A stretch of DNA of 64,000 nucleotides from an uncultured Clostridia bacterium (lineage in GTDB: Bacteria; Bacillota; Clostridia; Oscillospirales; Acutalibacteraceae), in contig CALWPT010000027.1 of assembly GCA_944383495.1 (NCBI GenBank), positions 11,629 through 75,628 of the forward strand, given 5' to 3'. Position numbers and translations under genes: made by a program. A model generated the notes under the pieces. It ran no database searches. It worked only from the letters and a program-made list of their open reading frames with translations, and was not told the origin of the DNA. This document shows, piece by piece, positions 8,705 through 18,524 of the stretch; within the stretch, counting starts at the first letter, position 1, and the number at the start of each line of letters is the position of its first letter.

Positions 8705-9537
8705 ATGCTGGAATGGCCGGAAGTGGAAGCCATAAATCGGGCACTTGAACCGCAGATACAAGGGCTTACGATAGAAAATGTGACAGCAAAGCGAACGGAA
8801 GTGATTGCACATCCGAACGAGGACGAATTTTGCTGACGACCTGCGGAGCCATCCATTTCCAGCATGGCGCGCCGGGGAAGCTTTTTCTAATCCTTCTGGA
8901 CGGCGGTGATCAGCTCATGATCCATTTGCGAATGACGGGCCGCTTGTTACGAATCCTGGTAAGCTTGCCCGAAGAAAAACATAAGCACCTTATTTTCCAG
9001 CGAAACCACGAAAAGGGAATTGCGCTTCTCCGATACCCGCCGTTTTGGGCGGTTTTAGCTGCTGAAAGATCCATACACCGGGCTTGAAAAGCTAGGCAAA
9101 GAACCGTTTGACCTTGTTTTTTCCGCAGAATATCTAAACGCCGGTTTGAAAAAACGAAAAAAGCAATTAAAAAATGTCTGCTGAAGCAAAGTATCATTGC
9201 TAAAATAGGCAATATTTAGCCGGCGAGATTTTGTTTGCAGCGGCGCTCTATCCGGTGCGGCCTGCAAATAGTCAAACCAGAGAAGAATGGGCACGGCTTG
9301 CCGCAATCTTTCCAGATCGGCTATATCCTATTTATCGAGAAAAACAAAACGACGACGGAAGAATATTGGGAAACTAAAGGACAGAATTACCGCAATGCGC
9401 CGTTTTTACAGGTTTACGGAAAAGAGGAAAAGCCTTGTCCGATCTGCGGAAAAGTTTTTTGCCGTATGGTAATGGTTGGCGGGAGCAGAACGTTTGGCCC
9501 AAATTCTCAAAAAGATAATAAAAAATGGGAAATGTAA
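8705..9537 (+). pseudogene. mutM: formamidopyrimidine-DNA glycosylase (fpg/mutM), multiply disrupted
   Basis: Fpg motifs appear in order but across three frames: MLEWPEVE, RRG, HLRMTGRLL, DTRRFGRF, LGKEPF, QSIIAKIGNI / AGEILFAAALYP, and VYGKEEKPCPICG. There is an in-frame TGA at 8834-8836 and in-frame TAGs at 9056-9058 and 9217-9219, plus several frameshifts. The residue after Met1 is Leu rather than the catalytic Pro. The last two zinc-finger Cys read G and S (GPNSQK). Confidence 0.8.
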
Positions 9538-9564
9538 TGTGCGCGCCTATCCTCGGGGAACGAT

Positions 9565-10188
9565 TTAACCTGACTGCTTTACCAATATGATAAGGCCCTT
9601 TCCGCTGTGCAGCGTAAGGGCGACCTCTTGATCTAAAAATTCATTGCTGATACCGTACTGATAATTCTGCCGGATCGTCGCGTGATCCAACTCATATTGG
9701 CAGCCCTTTTCTGAAACCACCATTTCCTCCGATAGAGCGATCAGAGAGTAAAACCAGCCTTTCCGGGGCCAAAGGGTCATAAAGGGCCTCAGCAGTTCGC
9801 ATTCTATATCCGGTTCTACAATTCTCCCCCATGCGCCGGCAGCCTGCAAAAAATCCAGCAAAAATAAATTGGCAAGACTATGATCCAACCGCCCGCCAGT
9901 CACAGCAAATAAAAGAAATTCCCGGCAGCCTGCCTCCAGCCCCACGCGCGCCGCAGTATAGGAATCCGTATCGTCCTTTTGGGGACTCAGACGGATCACA
10001 CGGGAGGCGGAAATGTCTTGGCTATGAACGGAATCCATGTCACCCAGAAACACATTCGGCACTATGCCAGCCCGCAAGGCATAATCATATCCCCCGTCGG
10101 CACAGATTACGTAATCCTCGGGACGGACGTGACTTTTCAGGAGCTCTGGGTCAAATCCCGGCGCCGCTCCGATAATAATTCCTCTCAT
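9565..10188 (-). CDS. thiN: thiamine diphosphokinase
   Basis: MRGIIIGAAPG ... VICADGGYDYA ... FLGDMDSV motifs. It sits downstream of rsgA, as in the Bacillus ylo cluster. Confidence 0.8.
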   Translation of the reverse strand: MRGIIIGAAPGFDPELLKSHVRPEDYVICADGGYDYALRAGIVPNVFLGDMDSVHSQDISASRVIRLSPQKDDTDSYTAARVGLEAGCREFLLFAVTGGRLDHSLANLFLLDFLQAAGAWGRIVEPDIECELLRPFMTLWPRKGWFYSLIALSEEMVVSEKGCQYELDHATIRQNYQYGISNEFLDQEVALTLHSGKGLIILVKQSG

Positions 10189-11057
10189 AGCTGCCAATCC
10201 TTTATATGCTTCACTTCCTCATACATCGCACGGTAGCTTTGCATACGCTCCTCCTCCAGTTCACCCTTTTCCAATGCCTTTAATACCGCGCAGCCCTTTT
10301 CCTTCGTATGGGAGCAGCCCGTAAACTGGCATTTCCCAATATATGGCGCCAACTCCCGAAAAGCAAACTGAAGGTTTTCCTTCCGAATCTTTTCCCAGCC
10401 TGCTGTGTCAAAAGAAGAAAAGCCCGGCGTATCCGCCAGATGACCGCCGGCACAGGCATATAATTCCACATGCCGGGTAGTATGCCGGCCCCGCCCCAGT
10501 TTTGGGCTGATCTCACCCGTTTGCAGCGCTAAAACCGGATCCAGCCTGTTGAGAAGCGTGGATTTTCCTACGCCAGTATTACCCGCAAAGGCGCTGATCT
10601 TCCCCGCCAACCGTTTTTTTACCTCCATCACGCCTTTACCCGAAGCGGCGCTGGTAATCACAACATCAAATCCCGCGTGTGTATAGATTCTCACAATTTC
10701 TTCATAGGGAGCAAGATCGGTTTTTGTAATCACTAAAACCGGTGTAATTTCTTGGTCGTCAGCCGCGGCAGTCATACGATCAATAACCTGAAAATTCGGC
10801 GCGGGTTCAGCCGCGGACACCACGATAAACAATTGATCCAAATTGGCCAATGGCGGCCGGCACAGGCTGTTTCGCCTAGGCAGCAGCGAATCAATTGAAT
10901 GATATCCGGTCTCCCGCAGCGAAACTTGCGCCAGATCCCCCACCAATGGAGAAATTCCCAATTTCCGAAAAGTCCCCTTGGCCTTGCATTCCAGTATGCA
11001 GCCGCCGGCCTCTACCGTGTAGACGCCGGCGACGAGCTTCGTAATAAGCCCTTCCAT
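10185..11057 (-). CDS. rsgA: ribosome small-subunit-dependent GTPase A
   Basis: Circularly permuted GTPase: VITKTD (G4) lies before GNTGVGKSTLLN (G1). C-terminal zinc motif CQFTGCSHTKEKGC. ATG 11057 (MEGLITKLVAGVYTV) overlaps the prkC stop as TGATG. Confidence 0.9.
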   Translation of the reverse strand: MEGLITKLVAGVYTVEAGGCILECKAKGTFRKLGISPLVGDLAQVSLRETGYHSIDSLLPRRNSLCRPPLANLDQLFIVVSAAEPAPNFQVIDRMTAAADDQEITPVLVITKTDLAPYEEIVRIYTHAGFDVVITSAASGKGVMEVKKRLAGKISAFAGNTGVGKSTLLNRLDPVLALQTGEISPKLGRGRHTTRHVELYACAGGHLADTPGFSSFDTAGWEKIRKENLQFAFRELAPYIGKCQFTGCSHTKEKGCAVLKALEKGELEEERMQSYRAMYEEVKHIKDWQL

Positions 11058-13114
11058 CAATCGTAGATTTTTTTCGGGACCCAATTGGCCACAGGCACAG
11101 TTGGCTGATCCGTAGATGTGGGCGGCACAGTGCTTTCCGCAGTTGTCGTCTCGATTAAGGTTTTCCAGTCGTCCAGCGGGTAAGCCGTTGTTTGTCCGCT
11201 GACAAAATCAATGTCAAACTCCATATAATCCTGTTTATTCAGCCGGATGATCAGTTTATCTGTGCGCTTGGTGGATTTTACCGTCAGGCTATAAGAGACC
11301 GCAATACTGGGATTAACCACCCGTTGGTCAATTCTTTGTCCGCTGAGCCAGGCCTCACTGGTCACCTCCTTGTTGAGTTCCACAGGAAGCTTCACTTCAA
11401 TATACACGGAATATTCCTTCGGCGCAGTAGTCGGCGATACGCCGCTGCTGACAGTTAGATTCACCGTGTTTCCCTTAGCGTACAATTCTCCCTCTTTTGG
11501 ATCCTGAGACAGAACGGTGTCTTTGGGCGATAAATCGTCTGTCTCTGTCACGGTTCCCAGTTTAAAGCCCTCCTGTTCCAGCCGCTTTTTGGCGTCATCC
11601 TTAGAAAGAGTTGTCACATCGGGAACAATGCCATACAAAATTTCCGGGCCGCTGCTGACATACAGCGTAATTTCCTGCCCGGTCTCCACATCGGTGCCCG
11701 CGGGAGGATCGGTTTCAATGACAATCCCCTGCGCGACCTTGTTGTGGGCCTGCTGCACAATCTTATATTTCAGGCCAAGGCCCTCCAGGATCTGAATAGC
11801 AGTCGTTTCGTTTTGATCGGCCAGCTGCTCCAGCCGGATGGTTTGCTTGCCCAAACTGACTCGGACACGAATAGTTGCATTATTCTTCTTCACGGTCTTG
11901 GTGTCATCTGGATTTTGATACGTAATTTGCCCTTTTTCATATTCAGAACTGTATTCCCAGTTCTCCCTATAAATCTCAAACGCGCTGTACTGCGGGTCCG
12001 CCTTAACCTCGTCATAATCCTTGCCAATCAGATTTGGAACCTGTAGCTCGCCCTTGTTGTTAAAGGGAAATATCCCACCGAAATACAGGCCCACAAACAG
12101 CCCCACAATTGCAATTACCAAAACGAATGCCCCGGCAATTCCAGCCAGAACAGGAATAACCGGCGATTTTCCCTCTGCATCTTCCTCCTCATCGTCTCCA
12201 CTAGTTTTGCCCACATCGGGAATATATTTAGTTGGCTCATCGTCGATGAACATATCGTATCCAAATACAATCTCGGGATTCTCCTCCAGTTTGACGAGGT
12301 CAGCAAGCATTTCCGACGCGCTGGCATACCGATTGGCAGGATCCTTTTGCATCGCCTTAATGATGATTTCCTCCAGCCCTTTCGGGATCGAGGGGTTCAA
12401 TTCCCGGGGCATGACTGGATTGTTTTGGAGCTGCATGATGGCAACCGACACGGCGCTGTCCGCCTCAAAAGGCAACCGCCCGGTCAGCATTTCATACAAA
12501 AGCACGCCCACTGAATAAATGTCGGCTTTTTCATCTGTAAAATCTCCGCGGGCCTGCTCCGGGCTAATGTAATGAACGGAGCCTATCGCTTTATCCGTAA
12601 TGGTTTTCTGTTCGCTGCGGGAAAACCGGGCAATGCCGAAATCCGTTACCTTAATTGTGCCGTCAGCCAAAAGCATGATATTTTGCGGCTTAATATCCCG
12701 GTGGACGATCCCCTTGCTGTGCGCATGCTGCAACGCCTGGAGCACCTGGCGGGTAAAATAAACCGCGTCGTTCCACCGGATCACAGACTGCTGGGCAATG
12801 TATTCCTTTAATGTTATGCCGTTAATATATTCCATAACAATATATTGGAGAATATCGCCAAAGCTGACGTCGTACACTTTGACAATATTGGGATGATTCA
12901 GAACCGCAATGGCCTTGGATTCATTCTGAAACCGGCGCCGAAACTCCTTATTGGCCAGAAATTCCTCTTTTAAAATTTTAATGGCTACGATCCTGTCATC
13001 CAAGCTGTCATAGGCTTTATAAACCACAGCCATGCCGCCCGAGCCAATCAGTTCCCGGATTTCATATCGTCCGTCCAGGCGCTTTCCGACAAATCTATCA
13101 TCCATTTTCAACAC
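11057..13114 (-). CDS. prkC: Ser/Thr protein kinase with PASTA repeats
   Basis: Hanks kinase motifs GSGGMAVVYKA, HRDIKPQN, DFGIA and SPEQA, followed by one TM helix, then repeated PASTA-like modules and a C-terminal beta-rich domain. Confidence 0.9.
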   Translation of the reverse strand: MLKMDDRFVGKRLDGRYEIRELIGSGGMAVVYKAYDSLDDRIVAIKILKEEFLANKEFRRRFQNESKAIAVLNHPNIVKVYDVSFGDILQYIVMEYINGITLKEYIAQQSVIRWNDAVYFTRQVLQALQHAHSKGIVHRDIKPQNIMLLADGTIKVTDFGIARFSRSEQKTITDKAIGSVHYISPEQARGDFTDEKADIYSVGVLLYEMLTGRLPFEADSAVSVAIMQLQNNPVMPRELNPSIPKGLEEIIIKAMQKDPANRYASASEMLADLVKLEENPEIVFGYDMFIDDEPTKYIPDVGKTSGDDEEEDAEGKSPVIPVLAGIAGAFVLVIAIVGLFVGLYFGGIFPFNNKGELQVPNLIGKDYDEVKADPQYSAFEIYRENWEYSSEYEKGQITYQNPDDTKTVKKNNATIRVRVSLGKQTIRLEQLADQNETTAIQILEGLGLKYKIVQQAHNKVAQGIVIETDPPAGTDVETGQEITLYVSSGPEILYGIVPDVTTLSKDDAKKRLEQEGFKLGTVTETDDLSPKDTVLSQDPKEGELYAKGNTVNLTVSSGVSPTTAPKEYSVYIEVKLPVELNKEVTSEAWLSGQRIDQRVVNPSIAVSYSLTVKSTKRTDKLIIRLNKQDYMEFDIDFVSGQTTAYPLDDWKTLIETTTAESTVPPTSTDQPTVPVANWVPKKIYD

Positions 13115-13123
13115 TCCAGTTTC

Positions 13124-13852
13124 TTATAAGGCTATGGTAACCACCGTAATGTTATCGCCCCCGCCGCTGCGGTTGGCAGCGTTGATAAGCGCATCGGGGA
13201 GTTCATACAACGGCACAGAGGAAGAAATTGACAAAATTTCCTCCGTATCCACAAAATTGGTTAATCCGTCAGTGCACAGAAGTAAAATATCATCCGGCTC
13301 CATCTCAATTTCATCATAATCCACTTCAATGCTCTCGCTGACGCCCAGCGCTCGGGTAATGACATTTTTTCGAGGATGAAACCGAGCCTCATCAGGGGTA
13401 AGCTGGCCGTTTTCCAGCATAGACTGAACTACAGAATGGTCTTTCGTGATTTGTAGGATTTTACCTTCCCGTATCAAATAGGCTCGACTGTCGCCTGCAT
13501 GCGAAATATGCGCCGTATTGCAGTTCAGTACTGCGCAAACCACGGTCGTTCCCATCCCGGCCAGCGTTTCATTGGCGTTTGCCATATCAAACACAACAAT
13601 ATTAGCCGCGTTAACCGCCGTTTCTATCATGCGTCTGACTGAATTGGAGCTCATTCCCATCCGGTAGCTGGCGTTGATTTGATCCACAATGGTCTTAACA
13701 GAAAGCTCGCTGGCAATATTGCCTCCGTTAGCGCCGCCCATGCCGTCACACACAACGGCGTAAATCACGCCTCCGGGCAGTTCCCCCGCCCCATATGCAT
13801 CCTGGTTGGTGGCACGCACCACGCCCTTATGGGTCGCACTGGCGATCTTCAT
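13124..13852 (-). CDS. stp: PP2C-family Ser/Thr phosphatase
   Basis: MKIASATHKGVVRATNQDA, VCDGMGG, and LLCTDGLTN ... GGGDNITVV. It lies immediately upstream of prkC. Alternative starts at 13861 (ATG) and 13873 (GTG). Confidence 0.9.
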   Translation of the reverse strand: MKIASATHKGVVRATNQDAYGAGELPGGVIYAVVCDGMGGANGGNIASELSVKTIVDQINASYRMGMSSNSVRRMIETAVNAANIVVFDMANANETLAGMGTTVVCAVLNCNTAHISHAGDSRAYLIREGKILQITKDHSVVQSMLENGQLTPDEARFHPRKNVITRALGVSESIEVDYDEIEMEPDDILLLCTDGLTNFVDTEEILSISSSVPLYELPDALINAANRSGGGDNITVVTIAL

Positions 13853-14903
13853 CCCCTTCATCACCTCTTTCACAAGGGGGCTCGTTCTTCACAGCCTTCC
13901 GCAGTTGTCCGCAGCTGGCGGAAATATCTGCGCCCAATGTCCGCCGGACGGTCGCATTAACTCCGTGCTTGTTTAATATATTTTGAAAACAGCGCAGGCG
14001 TTGTTTCCCGCTGCTGGAAAAAGCTGATTCTTTCACCGAATTCGCCGGAATCAGGTTCACATGGCACAGCATGCCCTTTAATTGATTTGCCAGCATTCGA
14101 GCGCAATCATCCGAATCATTGAGGCCGTTGATCATAGCATACTCAAAGGAAATCCGCCGCCCGGTTTCTTTTGTATACTCCCGGCAAGCAGAAAGCAGTT
14201 CCTCTACCGGCCATTTTCGGTTGACAGGCATAATCCGGCTGCGAATTTCATCGTTGGGCGCATGAAGCGACACCGAAAGGGTGATTTGCGATTTTTCCGC
14301 CGCCAGCTCCCGGATTCGATCCACAAGCCCACAGGTGGAAAGAGAAATATGCCGCGCGCCAATAGAGAGTCCCTTTTCCTCGCCCACCAATTTCAAAAAT
14401 CGCATGGTCTGGTCAAAATTATCCAGCGGCTCCCCCATTCCCATCAAAACCACATTGGAAATGCGAACGTTTAAATCCCGGGAGGCGGTAAAAATCTGAG
14501 AAAGCATTTCCCCAGCAGTCAGGCAGCGTTCCATGCCGCCGATGGTGGAAGCGCAGAAGGCGCATCCCATCCGGCATCCCACCTGGGTGGAAATGCAAAT
14601 GCTTCTGCCATGTTTATATTCCATTACAACGGACTCCACATATTTCCCATCCCGCAGCCGAAACAGATATTTGACCGTCCCGTCAATTTGTGAGATAAAC
14701 TTACGTTCAATCCGGGCAAAGGAGATATAGGCCCGATTGGATAGAGCCCTACGAAAATCGACAGGCAGATTGGTAAGCTGTTCAAAGTCCTCCGCGCCTT
14801 TCAGCATCCAATCAAACAACTGGTTTCCCCGAAAGGCCGGCTGCCCCAGTTCCTTCGCCAGCGCCGCCAGTTCTTTCCGGGTCATTGCCTTTAGGTCTTC
14901 CAA
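13827..14903 (-). CDS. rlmN: 23S rRNA/tRNA (adenine-C2)-methyltransferase, radical SAM
   Basis: Radical SAM motif GCRMGCAFCAS, plus GMGEPLDN and the C-terminal Cys in SCGQL. Confidence 0.9.
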   Translation of the reverse strand: MEDLKAMTRKELAALAKELGQPAFRGNQLFDWMLKGAEDFEQLTNLPVDFRRALSNRAYISFARIERKFISQIDGTVKYLFRLRDGKYVESVVMEYKHGRSICISTQVGCRMGCAFCASTIGGMERCLTAGEMLSQIFTASRDLNVRISNVVLMGMGEPLDNFDQTMRFLKLVGEEKGLSIGARHISLSTCGLVDRIRELAAEKSQITLSVSLHAPNDEIRSRIMPVNRKWPVEELLSACREYTKETGRRISFEYAMINGLNDSDDCARMLANQLKGMLCHVNLIPANSVKESAFSSSGKQRLRCFQNILNKHGVNATVRRTLGADISASCGQLRKAVKNEPPCERGDEGDEDRQCDP

Positions 14904-14907
14904 GGAG

Positions 14908-16248
14908 TCACCTCTTTTTCACGAATGCGGCAAGAAAAAACCCGTCAGTATGATGCATATGCGGAAGCAGGGTCAGAATATGTCCCGGCTGAGAATACCC
15001 TCTTTCCATATAAGGCAAAATCTCCAGAGGAGCAAAATCCCCATGCTCGTCCAAAAATCGGTTGGCATTTCCTTCGTTTTCCAAGCGATTCAACGTACAG
15101 GTGGAGAAAAGCAAAACGCCGCCTGGCTTGACATACTGCGCGCTTATACATAGTAAAGAATACTGCTTTGCGGCCAGCTTGTCAAGGTTTGTTACAAGAT
15201 TGTAACCAGCAGACTCATACAAATAACGGATTTCCGGTTTTTTTCCGATAATGCCGAGGCCCGAACAGGGCAAGTCGCAAAGCACCCAGTCAAAGAAGCC
15301 TAAAGCAGGATCGAACGTTCCTGCATCCCCTTCTTTTGCACAGATTGACGACAGTCCAAGCCGCTTTGCGCCCTGCCGAATCAATCCCACCCTCTGGGGA
15401 TGCAGATCCAGTGCCGTCACCTCTCCACGGTCTTCCATGAATTGCGCCGCGGTAAAGCTTTTTCCGCCCGGCGCGGCGCAGACATCCAACAGCCGTCCTC
15501 CCGGCCGAAGCCCTAACGCCTTCACACACAGCTGAGACGCCATATCCTGTACATGAAAAAGCCCTTCCTGAAAAGAAGCCAGCCGCTGCAAATCACCGCT
15601 GTTTTCCAGCAAAAGACAGTTCTCTATTTCACAAGCGTGAACCTTGATTCCCTCCGCGGTCAGTCTTTCCCGCAGGGCATCCGCAGTCGTTTTACAGGTA
15701 TTGACCCGAATATATAAACGCTGCCGCTCCAGAAACGAAGCGAGAATATCTTTTGCCAAATCTTTCCCATAGTCTTCCATAAAATGCTCCGCCAACGCGC
15801 GAGGGCAGGAATATTCCACGCAAAGCCGGTCCATGGGATCGTTCGGCAGCGGAATCTCTCTTCCTCCCCGCTCCACGGATCGAAGCACACCATTAACAAA
15901 ACCAAACGCCTTATGTTCTTTCGACTCCTTCACAAGCCGAACCGATTCATTGACCGCGGCGCTGGGCGGAATTTTATCCATATACAAAAGCTGATATGCG
16001 CCCAGGCGCAGGCACTCCAGCGTGTACGGGGCAATCTGATCCAGCCCGCGCTTGGAATGCTTGGAAATCACGTAATCCAATGTTTTCCTGCGTTCCAATA
16101 CCCCGTAAAACAAAGCGGCGGCAAGGGCGCTGTCCCGTTCATTCAAGCCCGCGGCATGCAACGCCTGATCCCAAACAATGTTGGAATACCCATGGTCCTG
16201 GTTGACGCGAAGCAGCGCCCTTGCCGCAATTTTTCTCGCATTAGCCAT
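14908..16248 (-). CDS. rsmB: 16S rRNA (cytosine967-C5)-methyltransferase
   Basis: N-terminal NusB-like domain. SAM motif DVCAAPGGK, catalytic DLPCSGLG and FSTCT. Confidence 0.9.
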   Translation of the reverse strand: MANARKIAARALLRVNQDHGYSNIVWDQALHAAGLNERDSALAAALFYGVLERRKTLDYVISKHSKRGLDQIAPYTLECLRLGAYQLLYMDKIPPSAAVNESVRLVKESKEHKAFGFVNGVLRSVERGGREIPLPNDPMDRLCVEYSCPRALAEHFMEDYGKDLAKDILASFLERQRLYIRVNTCKTTADALRERLTAEGIKVHACEIENCLLLENSGDLQRLASFQEGLFHVQDMASQLCVKALGLRPGGRLLDVCAAPGGKSFTAAQFMEDRGEVTALDLHPQRVGLIRQGAKRLGLSSICAKEGDAGTFDPALGFFDWVLCDLPCSGLGIIGKKPEIRYLYESAGYNLVTNLDKLAAKQYSLLCISAQYVKPGGVLLFSTCTLNRLENEGNANRFLDEHGDFAPLEILPYMERGYSQPGHILTLLPHMHHTDGFFLAAFVKKR

Positions 16249-16263
16249 AAAATGCTCCGTTTC

Positions 16264-16965
16264 CTAGTTCCGCCGGTTTCCTGTCAGGCGAATGATATAA
16301 TATAGCAGCGTCATCAAGGATTGCAGCATACTTGCAACGTAGGTCATGGCGGCGGCAGTGAGCACCCTCCGGGCGCCCTCGGTCTCCTGCGGGCCGAGCA
16401 GGTTCCCTTCTCGAATGGCGGCCAAAGCCCGCCGGCTTGCATTAAATTCCACCGGAAGGGTACAGACCTGAAACACAAAAACCGATGCAAACAATGCCAG
16501 TCCCGCCCAGATCAAAGTGGTATTGGCAAGATACGCCCCAACAAACGCCATGATCAGCCCGATCAACGGGCCGAACCGTGTCAACGGAACCAAGGACTGG
16601 CGGATCCTGATGGGAAAATACCCCTTGGCGTATTGCAGCGCGTGCCCCGTTTCATGAGCCGCAATGCCCACCGCCGCAACCGTCGCGCCATGGTAAACCT
16701 CTTCTGACAGCCGAATCACGTTTTTGCGGGGATCGTAATGGTCGGTTAAACTGCCGGATATACATTCCACTCCCACGTCCATGATTCCGTTCTCCGCCAG
16801 GATCATCCGGGCCGCCTGCGCCCCCGTCAATCCGCTGCCAGTAGGACGGCGGCTGAATGTGGAATAAGCGGAACGCACCGAAATCTGCGCCAAAATCATC
16901 AAAGCCAGCGGAGGCAAAACCATCAGCCAGTACAATGGATCAAAATACGCGTAATATCCGCCCAT
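16264..16965 (-). CDS. membrane zinc metallopeptidase (Zn_peptidase_2-like)
   Basis: HExxH in AAHETGHALQ, flanked by TM helices. I chose the start at MGGYYAYFDPLYW. Confidence 0.75.
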   Translation of the reverse strand: MGGYYAYFDPLYWLMVLPPLALMILAQISVRSAYSTFSRRPTGSGLTGAQAARMILAENGIMDVGVECISGSLTDHYDPRKNVIRLSEEVYHGATVAAVGIAAHETGHALQYAKGYFPIRIRQSLVPLTRFGPLIGLIMAFVGAYLANTTLIWAGLALFASVFVFQVCTLPVEFNASRRALAAIREGNLLGPQETEGARRVLTAAAMTYVASMLQSLMTLLYYIIRLTGNRRN

Positions 16966-17025
16966 GGTTGATACTCCCTTAAAAAATAATTTCTGCTTAG
17001 TATGCCCTGGAACAAGCCCCAGCAT

Positions 17026-17955
17026 TCACAAAAGCCGTGCTCCTGTTTCCAGCGGAAAGCCCCGCAAAAGCTCCTGTGCCGCCATCCTCCTTTTGCCTTC
17101 CAGTTGCACCGCCGTCAGCTGCAAAACTGCCCCATCCCCGCAGGCGACAGCCAGCCTCTTTGTATCAACAACGGTTCCAAAAGCGGCTTCTGTTCGCTCC
17201 GGCAAAACCCGGGAGGCATAGACCTTAAGCCGTTTTCCCCGCAATTGGGTATGAGCACCCGGCCAGGGATTCAGGCCCCGGATCTGATTGTGGATTTCCC
17301 GGGCGGAACGGCTCCAGTTGATGGGAGAAAGTTCCTTTGTCAGCATGGGAGCCAGTGTAGCGTTCTTTTCCTCCTGCTTGATGGGAGTCAAGGTGCCATC
17401 CTCCAGCCCTTGCAAGGTCTTCAGCAGCAAGGGGCCGCTCATTGCCTTCAGCCGGTCAAATAATTCTCCGGCGGTTTCCTCTTCCCCGATTGTGGTCTCG
17501 GCAGCTAAAAGAATCTCGCCCGTATCCATTCCCGCGTCCATTTTCATGGACGTGACGCCTGTTACCGAATCTCCATTCAGTACAGCCCATTGAACCGGCG
17601 CCGCGCCCCGGTATTTGGGCAACAGGGATCCGTGAATATTCACACACCCCAGCGGCGGGATGTCTAAGATTTCCTGCGGCAGGATTCTTCCATAGGCCAC
17701 CACTACAATGCAGTCCGGATTCAAATTTCGCAGACGGGAAATTTCTGCTTCATCCCGGACCCGCTCCGGCTGAAACACCGGGATGCCGCGGGATAAGGCA
17801 AATTCCTTCACCGGCGGCGGGGTCATAGCATACCCCCGTCCTTTCGGCTTATCCGGCTGTGTGTAAACCGCAGCCAGATCATACCCTCCATCCGCCAAAG
17901 CCTCCAAGCAGGGAACGGCAAAATCCGGCGTGCCCATAAATACAATTCTCATCAA
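17026..17955 (-). CDS. fmt: methionyl-tRNA formyltransferase
   Basis: MRIVFMGTPDFAVP, NIHGSLLPKYRGAAP. The gene follows def. Confidence 0.9.
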   Translation of the reverse strand: MMRIVFMGTPDFAVPCLEALADGGYDLAAVYTQPDKPKGRGYAMTPPPVKEFALSRGIPVFQPERVRDEAEISRLRNLNPDCIVVVAYGRILPQEILDIPPLGCVNIHGSLLPKYRGAAPVQWAVLNGDSVTGVTSMKMDAGMDTGEILLAAETTIGEEETAGELFDRLKAMSGPLLLKTLQGLEDGTLTPIKQEEKNATLAPMLTKELSPINWSRSAREIHNQIRGLNPWPGAHTQLRGKRLKVYASRVLPERTEAAFGTVVDTKRLAVACGDGAVLQLTAVQLEGKRRMAAQELLRGFPLETGARLL

Positions 17956-18422
17956 TATTCGTCCTCTGTCAGCGCCCGGATCATCACGTCCTTAACGGTG
18001 ATCCCGTCCAGGTGGTCAATCTCATGGCACAGGCCTACCGCCTTGCGCCCCTCGCCGGTTACAGTGAATTTTTTGCCATACCGGTCGTAGGCTTCCACAA
18101 CCACCTTCGCCGGGCGGTTAACCACCGCGTCAATTCCCGGAAAGGACAGACAGCCCTCCACGCCCTGCACCTTGCCTTTTTTCTCAATAAACACCGGGTT
18201 TACCAGCTCTAAATATCCATCCTCGGCATCCACCACACAGACCCGGCGCATAATGCCCACCTGAGGCGCGGCAAGGCCGTAGCCGTTGGCAGCGTGCAGG
18301 GTCTCCCGCATATCGTCCAAAAGTGTGTGAAGCTTTTCGTCAAAGACTTCAACGGGACGGCAGACCTTATGCAGAATGTCATCCCCGATCATACCTTCCT
18401 TTACAATGGTACGGATTGCCAT
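17952..18422 (-). CDS. def: peptide deformylase
   Basis: Motifs GYGLAAPQVG, EGCLSFPG and HEIDHLDG. Confidence 0.9.
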   Translation of the reverse strand: MAIRTIVKEGMIGDDILHKVCRPVEVFDEKLHTLLDDMRETLHAANGYGLAAPQVGIMRRVCVVDAEDGYLELVNPVFIEKKGKVQGVEGCLSFPGIDAVVNRPAKVVVEAYDRYGKKFTVTGEGRKAVGLCHEIDHLDGITVKDVMIRALTEDEY

Positions 18423-18524
18423 AACAACATCATTCCTTTTGTATATTGTATGAAATAAGAATTTACCCGTTAGCTAAACCAGCCAAGGACGCGATTGCAC
18501 GCCGATCAACCATTGGCCGTTGTG

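Noticed and set aside
13827-13873. Apparent 47-nt overlap of rlmN and the phosphatase gene as listed in the ORF track
   Set aside because: The overlap shrinks to 26 nt with the more plausible MKIASATHKG start (13852). Tight overlaps are common throughout this operon, so I do not regard it as unusual.
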